The translations under genes and the position numbers were made by a program. A stretch of DNA of 64,000 bases from Candidatus Magasanikbacteria bacterium RIFCSPHIGHO2_02_FULL_48_18 (GTDB lineage: Bacteria > Patescibacteriota > Patescibacteriia > Magasanikbacterales > UBA922). The number at the start of each line of letters is the position of its first letter. Within the stretch, counting starts at the first letter, position 1. This document shows positions 1-8,874 of this stretch, piece by piece. The notes under the pieces were generated by a model. The model made no database searches, was not told where the DNA came from, and was given only the letters and a program-made list of their open reading frames with translations. Location: the NCBI GenBank assembly GCA_001784285.1, contig MFQC01000001.1, positions 29,780-93,779 of the forward strand, given 5' to 3'.

Positions 1-326
1 TATTCTTGTCGAGATGCTTGTTTCCGGTAATGATCGATAATCGCGTTTCTCGCGATCTGATATATCAATCCGCGAAAACTGCGTATGTGCTTTTCATCGT
101 TTGCACTCCTCGTTAAATACTCCCATACACGCAAAAAGACATCACCGGTAATATCTTCCGCTTCTTCGCGTTTTGACACTTTAAATGCCACAAAGCGATA
201 CATCCGCTCAATATACAAATCATACAGTTCTGAAAAGGCTTCCGTATCTTTTTCTTTCGTGATTCGAATCACGAGCATCTGTTCGTGAAGCCTGTGTCGA
301 GGGGGTTGTGACAAGGAGCTGTTCAT
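1..326 (-). CDS. RNA polymerase sigma-70 family (ECF-type) sigma factor, N-terminal part; the gene continues beyond the window start
   Basis: Minus-strand translation from the ATG at 326 gives MNSSLSQPPRHRLHEQMLVIRITKEKDTEAFSELYDLYIERMYRFVAFKVSKREEAEDITGDVFLRVWEYL..., matching sigma-70 region 2 (the GD..AF..LY and D.TQ-E-FLRVW pattern). There is no stop before position 1. This ORF is missing from the ORF track because it runs off the edge. Confidence 0.6.
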   Translation of the reverse strand, partial: MNSSLSQPPRHRLHEQMLVIRITKEKDTEAFSELYDLYIERMYRFVAFKVSKREEAEDITGDVFLRVWEYLTRSANDEKHIRSFRGLIYQIARNAIIDHYRKQASRQE

Positions 327-619
327 ATAAGGAGACGTCCCAAAAAGAAAAACGTTACAGATGACCCGGCGCCGATACCCTATCCTAATCCCTAGAACCT
401 ATCTCAAAAATAAAAATTCCCCCGCAGGGATTGCCCAAATAAAGAAAATTCGCCAAAAAGTATATCAAAAAGAAAAAAAAAATTCAAACAAATAACAAGT
501 AATCCAATAAAAACGCATTACAACACCTCTGACAAATAATCATAGAAAAGGCAACCATATCCATGGTTAACATTGTTGTGATTATTATACTTGATACTTG
601 CCAAATTTTGTGTAAGCAC

Positions 620-805
620 ACTAAATTGTATACAATAATATATACTTTTTAATAATTTTTAGCTTTACAAAAATAAAAAAATAATATGTATATTTGTATA
701 CATTATTGTATACTTTTTTATATTTTTTCCATAAATTGTACTATATCAAAAATCAGAACACCCATTATTGACAAATAAAGAAATAAAGGGTATATTTGTA
801 TACAC
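620..805. promoter_or_regulatory. AT-rich intergenic region with four copies of a palindromic TTGTATAC(A) motif, a putative operator/promoter array upstream of the HTH gene
   Basis: TTGTATACAA is at about 625-634 as a perfect 10-bp palindrome. TTGTATACAT is at about 693-702, TTGTATACTT at about 705-714 and TTGTATACAC at about 795-804, all within a roughly 500-bp AT-rich non-coding stretch. Confidence 0.45.
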
Positions 806-827
806 AAACATATACAAATATCATTGT

Positions 828-1190
828 ATGGTAAATGCCCCCAAAACAGAATCATCAAAAGAGATTATCCGTGTTTCCATTTCTGAAGCGGCAAGACTTT
901 TTGGCGTCAACCCCCAAACTATCCGACGCGCTATCAAAGCGCAAGAAATTACCTATATTGTGGTTGCCGGACGATATAAAATCAATTTTGAAAGCCTGGT
1001 CAAATGGTCACAACAAAAAACAAACGTCAAAAAAAAAGTGGAACAACGAGGAATTGGGCAATTTGTTGATAAATGGAAAATACATAATACTCTCTATTCT
1101 CCAAGCAAAAAAGCAGTTCCAAAAAATAAAGAAAAACAAAAAGACGCTTCAACTGATCAAGAAACGCATGATAAACAAAACAATGAATAA
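828..1190 (+). CDS. small DNA-binding protein with an excisionase/AlpA-family helix-turn-helix and a Lys-rich C-terminal tail
   Basis: SISEAARLFGVNPQTIRRAIKAQEITYIVVAGRYKI matches the HTH_17 / Xis-type pattern (IsEaAellgVs.stiyr.ik.gel....G.r.ri). The start was moved to the ATG at 828 (MVNAPKTE) because the longer ORF from 768 reads through the TTGTATAC repeats. Confidence 0.55.
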   Translation: MVNAPKTESSKEIIRVSISEAARLFGVNPQTIRRAIKAQEITYIVVAGRYKINFESLVKWSQQKTNVKKKVEQRGIGQFVDKWKIHNTLYSPSKKAVPKNKEKQKDASTDQETHDKQNNE

Positions 1191-1201
1191 ATTCCTTCTG
1201 C

Positions 1202-2617
1202 CTATGCGCCGGCTCTTGTATATTGACGAATCAGTGCCGTCAATTCTCGAGTTTTTTCCTCCAAAAGAGATTGGGATGACGCTTCTACGGTAAGCCGGAC
1301 GACCGGGTCATTGGCAGAAGGACGGACATTAAAATGCCACTCCGGATATTCCATGCTAACCCCATCTAATGTGAGGATTTTTCCTCCCTTGCCAGCGTAC
1401 GCTTCGCGTATCGCCGCAATGACGAGCGACGCATCGGTCACGTCAAAATTAATTTCTCCAGAAATATAATATGGGCCCAAATCTTGGACCATTTCCGACA
1501 GTGTTTTTCCTTTTTTGGAAAGCGCGGCCAGCAGAAGAAGCACAGGCGCAAATCCGTTTTCCATATACCGATTTTTGGCAAAATAATAATGACCGCTCAC
1601 TTCTCCGCCAAAAATTGACTGGGTTTCATTCATCTGGTGTTTGATATAGGTATGCCCCACCCGCCCCATGTGGGCCTTGCCGCCAGCCTTGGCGACCCAA
1701 TCGTTCAGCGCTCGGCTAAATCGAAGATCATACACAATGCCGCCTCCCGGGTGTTTTTCAAGCATTTCCAAAGCAAGGAGCGTTGCAACAAAATCTCCAT
1801 GAACATACGCCCCTGTTTCATCAATAAAATAGACGCGATCACAATCGGCATCCCATGCGATGCCCAAGTCAGCGCGCTCTTCTACCACGCGTCGCATAAT
1901 ATCGCGGCGATTTTCTTCTTCAATGGGGTTGGCTGGGTGATTGGGAAAAGTTCCGTCTGGCTCAAAATAAAGCGGAATAATCTCAACGGGCAAGCCCGCG
2001 AAAATCTTGCGCGCCACGACACCGCCCATCCCGTTCCCCGCGTCCATGACAATGCGGAACGGCTTGAGTCGGCCAACATCAATAAAACTTCTGGTAAAAT
2101 GCACAAAATCATCCCATATATCCTTTTTTGCGGTTGTCCCCGGCACAGATTTTTTTTCAACAATCGCATCCGAGAGGGCAAGACGCTCCAAATCTTCCAT
2201 GCCCAAACCCCTGCCAATGGGGGACAAGACCCCTCGTTCATCCAGCCGTAAAAATTTGAGACCATTGAATTGTTTGGGCATGTGCGACGCCGTAACCATG
2301 ACGCCTCCGTCATACCCATAAAACCACGCGGCAAAATACATGGCATCGGTTGAGACCATGCCAATATCAATAATCGAGATGCCACGCTCCAAAAGACCGC
2401 GGACGAGCGCATCCGTTAACGATGGAGACGACACGCGTGCGTCGTAGCCAACCACCACGCTTTGCGGATGGGCATACGCGGCATACGCGTGCGCCACGCG
2501 GTAGACAATGTCTTCGGTGAGATTGTGTCCGTATACGCCGCGAATATCATAATTTCGAAAAATGGTTTCTTGTGACATAGATCGTTTTTGTTGTATTTGC
2601 GTGCTCACGCCGGGCAT
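1202..2617 (-). CDS. alpha-D-phosphohexomutase family protein (phosphoglucomutase / phosphomannomutase / phosphoglucosamine mutase)
   Basis: N-terminal IFRNYDIRGVYG and the active-site Ser loop TASHMPKQFNGLKF (TASHNP-type motif). Four-domain length of 471 aa. An alternative start is MSQETIF at 2578. Confidence 0.8.
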   Translation of the reverse strand: MPGVSTQIQQKRSMSQETIFRNYDIRGVYGHNLTEDIVYRVAHAYAAYAHPQSVVVGYDARVSSPSLTDALVRGLLERGISIIDIGMVSTDAMYFAAWFYGYDGGVMVTASHMPKQFNGLKFLRLDERGVLSPIGRGLGMEDLERLALSDAIVEKKSVPGTTAKKDIWDDFVHFTRSFIDVGRLKPFRIVMDAGNGMGGVVARKIFAGLPVEIIPLYFEPDGTFPNHPANPIEEENRRDIMRRVVEERADLGIAWDADCDRVYFIDETGAYVHGDFVATLLALEMLEKHPGGGIVYDLRFSRALNDWVAKAGGKAHMGRVGHTYIKHQMNETQSIFGGEVSGHYYFAKNRYMENGFAPVLLLLAALSKKGKTLSEMVQDLGPYYISGEINFDVTDASLVIAAIREAYAGKGGKILTLDGVSMEYPEWHFNVRPSANDPVVRLTVEASSQSLLEEKTRELTALIRQYTRAGA

Positions 2618-2619
2618 CC

Positions 2620-2648
2620 TTGAAAATAGTCGAGAATACCTCTATACT
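2620..2648 (+). promoter_or_regulatory. sigma-70-type promoter for the ClpC-like gene (TTGAAA -17- TATACT)
   Basis: TTGAAA at 2620-2625, a 17-nt spacer, TATACT at 2643-2648. An AAAGGA Shine-Dalgarno sits just upstream of the ATG at 2667. Confidence 0.45.
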
Positions 2649-2666
2649 ACCTGCACAGAAAGGACA

Positions 2667-5273
2667 ATGCAACTCTCTATGAATTCTGACGACATTCTCA
2701 ACAAACTCTCGACCCACCTCAAAAACACCATCGCGAAAGCCATTTCATTTGCCGCGCATCTTGGCGATGAAGAAGTGTCGCCGCTCCATATTCTTTTTGC
2801 GCTTGCGGAAGAGGAAGGATCTATCGGCCGTGAAATACTCCAAAAAGCGGGGTTGACTTCAGAACATATCTTCCACTGGCTCAAAGGAAAAAAATCATAC
2901 CCCAAAAAATCAGAAACCCCAGGGAAAGCAAACACCAAAATGCTCGAACTCCCCGAACTCGATCCGACGTCAAAAAAAATCCTTGAAAAAGCAATGTATA
3001 TTTCATATGAGCATCGCCACTCCTACGTGGGGACCGAACATTTGCTTGCGGCATTGATTGAAAGCGACATACACGCGTTGAAACTGTTTTTTACGTCGCA
3101 AAAAATCAACCATGAGGCATTGGAAGACCACCTGGCAACCATTCTTGACAATACGTCCAATTTCCCCCATGTGGATGATGTCGTCGAAAGCATTACCCAT
3201 ATGCAACACACGCTTGATCAGGACGTTCATGATGACCACCCATTGCCCCAAGAGCCGCCGCAACAATCATCCGACGCGCCGCTCCACATTGGACGAAAAA
3301 AAATGAACAAAAAAGCATCCCGGCGGTCGCCCACCGCTCTTGATGTGTTTACGGTTGATCTCACGCAAAAGAAAAATCAAACGCTGATTGACACCGTCGT
3401 CGGCCGAGAAGAAGAAATAGACCGGCTTATTCATATTTTGTGCCGCCGAAAAAAAAATAATCCGGTGCTCGTGGGAGAGCCGGGCGTGGGAAAAACCGCA
3501 ATTGTGGAAGGCCTGGCAAAACGCATCTCCGAGGGCGACGTGCCCGACATTTTGAAACGAAAAAAAATCCTTTCTCTTGATCTCACCCTCCTTATTGCCG
3601 GAACCGTCTATCGAGGAGAATTTGAAGGGCGAATCAAACAACTCATTGATGAATTGGCGGAGCGGCCGGACTCTATCCTCTTTATTGACGAAATCCACAA
3701 CATTATCGGGGCAGGATCAAACCAAGGCACGATGGATGCGGCAAATATTCTGAAACCCGCTCTGGCGCGAGGACAACTGCGATGCATTGGAGCGACGACG
3801 ATTGACGAATATAAAAAATACATCAGTTCCGACCCCGCGCTTGAACGACGGCTTCAGCCAATTGATATTGACGAACCGACCGCCGAACAAACGATACAGA
3901 TGCTCGATGGGATAAAAGCATCATACGAGGCCTACCACGGCGTTTCCATACCTCGCGAAGCCATTGAAACAGCGGTTCGCTTGAGCGACAAAATGATCCA
4001 CGACAATTTTTTTCCGGACAAAGCTATAGACATCATTGACGAGGCGGCGGCGGCGGTCAGGACGAAAAAACGCGCCAATAAACAAGAACAGCACATCCGC
4101 AATCTGGAACGCATGGTCGAACAATGGGAGGACCAAAAAGAAGAGGCTATTCAAAAAGAAGAATTTGACGCCGCAATTCAGCTCAAGGAAACCATTGCCG
4201 AGACACGAAAAGAAATAGCCTCGCTCATAAAAAAACAAGCAAAACAAAAACAACGAAAACTCCCTGTTGGCAAAGAAGATGTTGCCGAGGTCGTGGCAAA
4301 ACGATTCCATGTGGACGCGGCAATGCTCTTGTCTGAAGAGAGAGAGCATCTGGAACGAACCAAAAAAAATCTCCGCGAGCATATTGTGGGACAGGACGCC
4401 GCGATTGACCAAATTATCCAAACGCTCCAAAAAACATATCTCAAACTCCCTGCTTCCAAACGGCCGGCCGCGTCGCTGTTTTTTGTCGGTCCAAGCGGGG
4501 TGGGAAAAACCGAGCTGGCAAAACGTCTTGCCAAAGAATTGACCTTTGACGACCGGGCGCTCATTCGTCTCGATATGAGCGAATTTTCCGAAGGGCATGG
4601 AACATCAAAGTTGCTCGGGTCGCCGGCAGGATATGTCGGCTATAAAGAAAGAAATTTGTTTTTGGAACAGCTCAAAAAACGCCCGCACTCCGTGGTCTTG
4701 TTTGATGAAATAGACAAAGCCCACAGGGACGTGCGCAAACTGCTTCTTCAAATTTTGGATGAAGGAGAATTGACCGATAGCAATGGAAAAAAAACATCCT
4801 TCCGGCATGCGATTGTTATTTTGACGAGCAACATCGGCGCGGAACTCTATGCCTCCCCCGGCATCGGATTTGGAGCCAAAGACAGCCCGGCCGTGAATGG
4901 CATCCCGGACGACCGAAAGAAGGCTCTGCTTCAAAAACTGACAGAAGAATTCGGCGCCGAATGGATAGGGCGCATTGACAACGTCTGCCTGTTTTCGCCT
5001 CTCCAAAATGAGCACCTGACGCGTATTATTGAAAAACAAATTCAAAAAATAAGCGGCCACCTGACCGAAACAAAGCAAATTGCCGTGACGATTGATGAAT
5101 CGGCGATTGCGGCCATTGTCCGCCAAGGGCATACCACAGAAGTCGGAGCCCGGCATATTGGACAAGCGGTGGAACAAGCGATTCATGAGGCCGCATGGTC
5201 GCTTTTTCAAAAACAAAAAAGGAAGCAACACTACACGCTCAAATACGCGGAAGGCCTGTATCATTTGAAATAA
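2667..5273 (+). CDS. clpC: ClpB/ClpC-family AAA+ chaperone ATPase (Clp N-domain, two AAA modules, middle coiled coil) carrying an unusual His/Gln/Pro-rich insertion after the N-domain
   Basis: Clp_N repeats ([23 protein letters not shown]). First Walker [16 protein letters not shown], Walker B ILFIDEIH. Second Walker [18 protein letters not shown], Walker [12 protein letters not shown]. The start was placed at the ATG at 2667 (MQLSMNS), which has an upstream promoter and SD; the ORF-track start at 2562 would overlap the divergent mutase gene. Confidence 0.85.
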   Translation: MQLSMNSDDILNKLSTHLKNTIAKAISFAAHLGDEEVSPLHILFALAEEEGSIGREILQKAGLTSEHIFHWLKGKKSYPKKSETPGKANTKMLELPELDPTSKKILEKAMYISYEHRHSYVGTEHLLAALIESDIHALKLFFTSQKINHEALEDHLATILDNTSNFPHVDDVVESITHMQHTLDQDVHDDHPLPQEPPQQSSDAPLHIGRKKMNKKASRRSPTALDVFTVDLTQKKNQTLIDTVVGREEEIDRLIHILCRRKKNNPVLVGEPGVGKTAIVEGLAKRISEGDVPDILKRKKILSLDLTLLIAGTVYRGEFEGRIKQLIDELAERPDSILFIDEIHNIIGAGSNQGTMDAANILKPALARGQLRCIGATTIDEYKKYISSDPALERRLQPIDIDEPTAEQTIQMLDGIKASYEAYHGVSIPREAIETAVRLSDKMIHDNFFPDKAIDIIDEAAAAVRTKKRANKQEQHIRNLERMVEQWEDQKEEAIQKEEFDAAIQLKETIAETRKEIASLIKKQAKQKQRKLPVGKEDVAEVVAKRFHVDAAMLLSEEREHLERTKKNLREHIVGQDAAIDQIIQTLQKTYLKLPASKRPAASLFFVGPSGVGKTELAKRLAKELTFDDRALIRLDMSEFSEGHGTSKLLGSPAGYVGYKERNLFLEQLKKRPHSVVLFDEIDKAHRDVRKLLLQILDEGELTDSNGKKTSFRHAIVILTSNIGAELYASPGIGFGAKDSPAVNGIPDDRKKALLQKLTEEFGAEWIGRIDNVCLFSPLQNEHLTRIIEKQIQKISGHLTETKQIAVTIDESAIAAIVRQGHTTEVGARHIGQAVEQAIHEAAWSLFQKQKRKQHYTLKYAEGLYHLK

Positions 5274-5280
5274 ACATTGT

Positions 5281-5790
5281 GTGTCCCTCTTTGGGCATCT
5301 CTTTACTTTCGTCTTTTGTATGGCACGGCGACCCCCAAAAAGAAACAACCAACAGTCGGCGATCTACGGCCGACCTAGCGCATGGGAGGAAAACGCGCCG
5401 TCGGGAATGGCCGATGCCAATCTAGAAAATGAAGCGCTTGAAAGAGACACTCAAGAAAAAAACTGGGCCAACCAATTACGGCGCTCCCAACAGCAGGAAC
5501 AAAACGACCAATCCCAAAACCAGGCCGAACCCCAACAGCCGTCCCCCGCGCCACAGTCTGGATCGAAAAAAACTAGCGGAAAAAAACCACAACCGACAAC
5601 AAAAAAAATGGATGCGCTGATGAAAAAAATACAAATAGCCCTTTTTGCGCTTTTTCTTATCTGTCTTGCGACGATTTTACCGATGTTTACACCGCTTCCG
5701 TTTATGCTTCTTGCCGCGATTGGCGCGATTTTTGGCTATAGAAAAATAGTAAAAGGAGCAGAAATCGTCCAAAGCGGTGGTAAAAAATAA
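5281..5790 (+). CDS. hypothetical protein with a Gln/Glu-rich low-complexity N-terminal region and two C-terminal transmembrane helices
   Basis: Translation QQQEQNDQSQNQAEPQQPSPAPQ followed by hydrophobic IALFALFLICLATILPMF and LPFMLLAAIGAIFGY. No recognisable domain. The start is uncertain. Confidence 0.35.
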   Translation: MSLFGHLFTFVFCMARRPPKRNNQQSAIYGRPSAWEENAPSGMADANLENEALERDTQEKNWANQLRRSQQQEQNDQSQNQAEPQQPSPAPQSGSKKTSGKKPQPTTKKMDALMKKIQIALFALFLICLATILPMFTPLPFMLLAAIGAIFGYRKIVKGAEIVQSGGKK

Positions 5791-5815
5791 CGGAAAAAAC
5801 ATTTAATAACATCCT

Positions 5816-7042
5816 ATGGATAAAAAACGAATTATCTTTGCCATTCTTTTTATCATCGTCACGATCCTCCTCGGCTACCTCATGTATCGTGTTTTTTTTG
5901 CAAAAAAAACGCCAAAACCTCCGACACCGCAAACGCAAGAACAACTCCCGGGCGGCCAATTTCCCATAATTGGAGAAGGGGGCCAGCCCGGACAAATTGT
6001 AACCGGCACAATCCAGTTGCCAACCGCAGGATTTGTTCCTCCTCAAACCCCCGCGTTGCCTCCGCCTCCCGCGCAAACACCCCTTGTCCAAAAGCTGGCC
6101 AACGACATCGTGGTTTCTCCCGCGGCAGACTCGTTTGGCGGCGCAAAATTTTACAATGCGCAAGACGGAAAATTTTACCGCCTCCTTCCAGACGGCACAT
6201 TGGCGCTTTTGAGCGATGATGTTTTTTTTGGGGTAGAAAATGTCTCTTGGTCGCCAAAAACAGAAGAAGCCATCATTGAATATCCTGACGGAGCAAACAT
6301 TTATTTTGATTTTGAAACCAAAAAACAAGTGACACTTCCCAAACATTGGGAGAACTTTTCATTTTCTCCGACAGCGACAAAAATTGCGGCAAAGAGCATT
6401 GGCCTCTCTCCGGAAACTCGATGGCTTATCACCGCAGACCCGCAGGGAAATAACATCACCCTTGTGGAACCCATGGGGCAAAACGCAGACAAGGTTGATG
6501 TCAATTGGTCTCCCAACCAACAAATCGTGGCGACCTCCCTCACCGGCAAACCCATGGGGGGCAACCGCGAACAAGTTCTTATGATCGGCCTTCACGGAGA
6601 AGTGTTCAAAGCCATTATTGCAGAAGGCCAATTTTTGGATAGCGCATGGTCGAAAACCGGAGAAAAACTCCTTTTTAGTTCGTACAGCACGGCAAGCGAT
6701 TATAAACCGGAGCTGTGGATAAGCAACGCCGCAGGAGATCTTATCGGCACCGGCAGAAAACCTCTCGGACTCAACACCTGGGCGGAAAAATGTACCTTTG
6801 CTGATGACCGTTTTGTGTATTGCGCCGTTCCAAAAACCCTTCCTACCGGATCCGGCTTTGAACAAAGCCTTGCGGACGCCATTGAAGATGACCTCTATAA
6901 GATAGACACTCAAACGGGCATAAAATCAAAATTACTGCTCGAAGAAGGGCACGTCATTGACACGATTCTCGTGAATGGCGACACCGACGCGCTGTACTTT
7001 ACGGACAAAAATCAAAAAGGCATCTTTACGATTGCTCTATGA
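5816..7042 (+). CDS. membrane-anchored PD40/TolB-like beta-propeller protein (N-terminal TM helix, Pro-rich linker, WSP-type blades)
   Basis: N-terminal TM IIFAILFIIVTILLGYLMY, then a PPxP-rich linker. Repeated W/FSP blades: VSWSPKTEEAII, FSFSPTATKIAAKS, VNWSPNQQIVATS. Confidence 0.5.
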   Translation: MDKKRIIFAILFIIVTILLGYLMYRVFFAKKTPKPPTPQTQEQLPGGQFPIIGEGGQPGQIVTGTIQLPTAGFVPPQTPALPPPPAQTPLVQKLANDIVVSPAADSFGGAKFYNAQDGKFYRLLPDGTLALLSDDVFFGVENVSWSPKTEEAIIEYPDGANIYFDFETKKQVTLPKHWENFSFSPTATKIAAKSIGLSPETRWLITADPQGNNITLVEPMGQNADKVDVNWSPNQQIVATSLTGKPMGGNREQVLMIGLHGEVFKAIIAEGQFLDSAWSKTGEKLLFSSYSTASDYKPELWISNAAGDLIGTGRKPLGLNTWAEKCTFADDRFVYCAVPKTLPTGSGFEQSLADAIEDDLYKIDTQTGIKSKLLLEEGHVIDTILVNGDTDALYFTDKNQKGIFTIAL

Positions 7043-7689
7043 TACGCACAAGACAATTGCTTTTTCTTTTTGTCCCGGCCATTGTATTTGCGGGCTTTGC
7101 CGTATTTATTCGGTACGTCGAATATCACAACGCCGCAACGCCGAGCGCTCCCGCGCCGTCGTCCGAACCGCTCGCGCTGGTGCCCATATATCCTGAGGAT
7201 CCGATTATCGGAGAAAAAAAAGCGCCCCTCACCGTTATCGGATTTGAAGACTTTGGGTGCAAAGGATGCCAAATCCAAATGGCAATGCTCGACGAACTGC
7301 AACAGTCTTTTCCCGAAAAAATAAAAATTATTTGGAAAGGCCTTCCGGTCATGAAGTTTCCATACGACAGCCACCTCGCGCACGAATACGCGTTTTGCAT
7401 GAATCAAGAAGGACGATTTGACGCGTTTAAAAACTTTGCGTTTGCAAATGGAGACAATCTTTCTCTTGCGGTATTGGGCCAAAGCATTGCCGCGGCGGGA
7501 GCGGAACAAACCGTCTTCGAGGCCTGCATAAATTCGCCGGAGCCAAAACAATACATTGAAACCATCGAACTCATGGCCCAGTCGCTCAATATCCAATCCG
7601 TCCCGACTTTTTTTATTGATAACAAACAAATTGAAACGCCGCAAACCAAAGAAGCGTGGGCGGCGCTCTTGGGATTGTCCTCGCTATAA
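7039..7689 (+). CDS. DsbA-family thiol:disulfide oxidoreductase, membrane-anchored
   Basis: N-terminal TM LLFLFVPAIVFAGFAVFI. CxxC active site in FGCKGCQ. Thioredoxin-fold length. The start overlaps the upstream gene by 4 nt (ATGA). Confidence 0.6.
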   Translation: MIRTRQLLFLFVPAIVFAGFAVFIRYVEYHNAATPSAPAPSSEPLALVPIYPEDPIIGEKKAPLTVIGFEDFGCKGCQIQMAMLDELQQSFPEKIKIIWKGLPVMKFPYDSHLAHEYAFCMNQEGRFDAFKNFAFANGDNLSLAVLGQSIAAAGAEQTVFEACINSPEPKQYIETIELMAQSLNIQSVPTFFIDNKQIETPQTKEAWAALLGLSSL

Positions 7690-7695
7690 CAACGT

Positions 7696-8850
7696 ATGCT
7701 ATCAAAATTTTATTTTTTTCTTTTTCTCGTTTTGAGCGTTTTTACCGTGAACGCATTTGCTATTCCCGCTGTGGTGATGGCGGAGAATGACACACAGAAT
7801 GAATTGGAGGACCTGCTCAAAAAACCGGATCTCAAAATCCATATTCCGGGACTCGACTTTACCGATCCGGACGATTTGTCAACCGTACAGGACGAACGAG
7901 GCAATCAATATATTCTTATTCCATACCTTGGCGAATATCTCGCGGCGGTCTATCGCTATGCGGTCGTGGCCGTTTCCGTCCTCTCCGTCGTCATTCTCAT
8001 TTTTGCCGGCATTCAATGGATGATCCCTGCAGGAGAAGGAGGATCAAAAGACAGCGCGAAAAAACGGATTGCCGGAGCAATGACCGGATTGGTAATTACC
8101 ATAGGGTCATATACACTGCTTTATACCATCAACCCAAATTTGGTGGAATTTAAAAATTTGAAAGTGTTATATGTAAATAGAAAAGATCTCGATGAATTTG
8201 AAAGCGTGTCATTTGAATTTGAAAATTATGCGCTCTCTGCTCATGGAAAAATTATAGAACAGCTCATTGGGCCAAACACGCTTCCTCCCTGCTCAAAAGA
8301 AGCGGCACAAGCCGCGGCCACCGCCCTCCATAATAAACAAATTTGCGTCGGCCCATGTCATTGTGCCTATTCCGCATCGAATTTTTTGAACTACATCGGC
8401 TGTACCGATGTCTATAGCGGTCTCGCCAATAAACTACCGGAAAAATTAAAAGAAAAAGGATGGGTGGAAACACCGATTGATCCCAGCAACCTTGGCAATC
8501 TTCCCGTGGGGTTGTTATGGAAAGATGGACATGTGGGCGTATCCATTGGCAATGGTATGGACTTTGAATCTGGAAGCGGGACACGAGACTTCGACCGGCT
8601 GAACAAAGAAACAAAAAATAATTGCCCTTCTTCCTTTGTGGAGGCAATGAAAGACCCCCAAGCCTGCGCGTTTTGTTCCAAAATTCCAGAAGAGTCCCCG
8701 GCGTCAGGGCATTTTGGCGCGCCAGCGCTTGGAGGTACCGGAGGCGGCGGCTCTTGTAAAAGTAATCAAGGATGGTCAAAGGGAAAAATGTCTGACCGAA
8801 AAGGAAAATCAAGCTGGGTAAACGTTGTTCACCCGCCCATCAGTCAATAA
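7696..8850 (+). CDS. signal peptide, two-helix pilin-like membrane module, and a Cys-rich NlpC/P60 (CHAP-like) cell-wall hydrolase domain
   Basis: Signal peptide MLSKFYFFLFLVLSVFTVNAFA. Helix pair AAVYRYAVVAVSVLSVVILIFAGIQWM and RIAGAMTGLVITIGSYTLLYTI with a GGSKDSAKK loop between them. C-terminal GLLWKDGHVGVSIGNG is a typical NlpC/P60 His motif. Many Cys residues (CVGPCHC, CPSS, CAFC). Confidence 0.45.
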   Translation: MLSKFYFFLFLVLSVFTVNAFAIPAVVMAENDTQNELEDLLKKPDLKIHIPGLDFTDPDDLSTVQDERGNQYILIPYLGEYLAAVYRYAVVAVSVLSVVILIFAGIQWMIPAGEGGSKDSAKKRIAGAMTGLVITIGSYTLLYTINPNLVEFKNLKVLYVNRKDLDEFESVSFEFENYALSAHGKIIEQLIGPNTLPPCSKEAAQAAATALHNKQICVGPCHCAYSASNFLNYIGCTDVYSGLANKLPEKLKEKGWVETPIDPSNLGNLPVGLLWKDGHVGVSIGNGMDFESGSGTRDFDRLNKETKNNCPSSFVEAMKDPQACAFCSKIPEESPASGHFGAPALGGTGGGGSCKSNQGWSKGKMSDRKGKSSWVNVVHPPISQ

Positions 8851-8874
8851 TAACCAATTGGCAATACCCCCCTA

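Noticed and set aside
85-288. 67-aa plus-strand ORF at the window start
   Set aside because: The opposite strand encodes a clear sigma-70 region-2 sequence, so this is a shadow ORF.
330-830. AT-rich region considered as a chromosomal origin (oriC) or CRISPR leader
   Set aside because: No DnaA-box-like TTATCCACA / TGTGGATAA motifs and no dnaA/dnaN nearby (parAB are 25 kb away). No repeat-spacer periodicity. The repeats are short palindromes consistent with operator/promoter elements.
1637-2412. ORFs 1637-2251 (+), 1882-2412 (-) and 2007-2321 (+) overlapping the phosphohexomutase gene
   Set aside because: These are alternative-frame or antisense ORFs inside a gene with conserved catalytic motifs. 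Their translations are low-complexity Arg/Pro/Ser-rich sequences typical of GC-skewed shadow frames.
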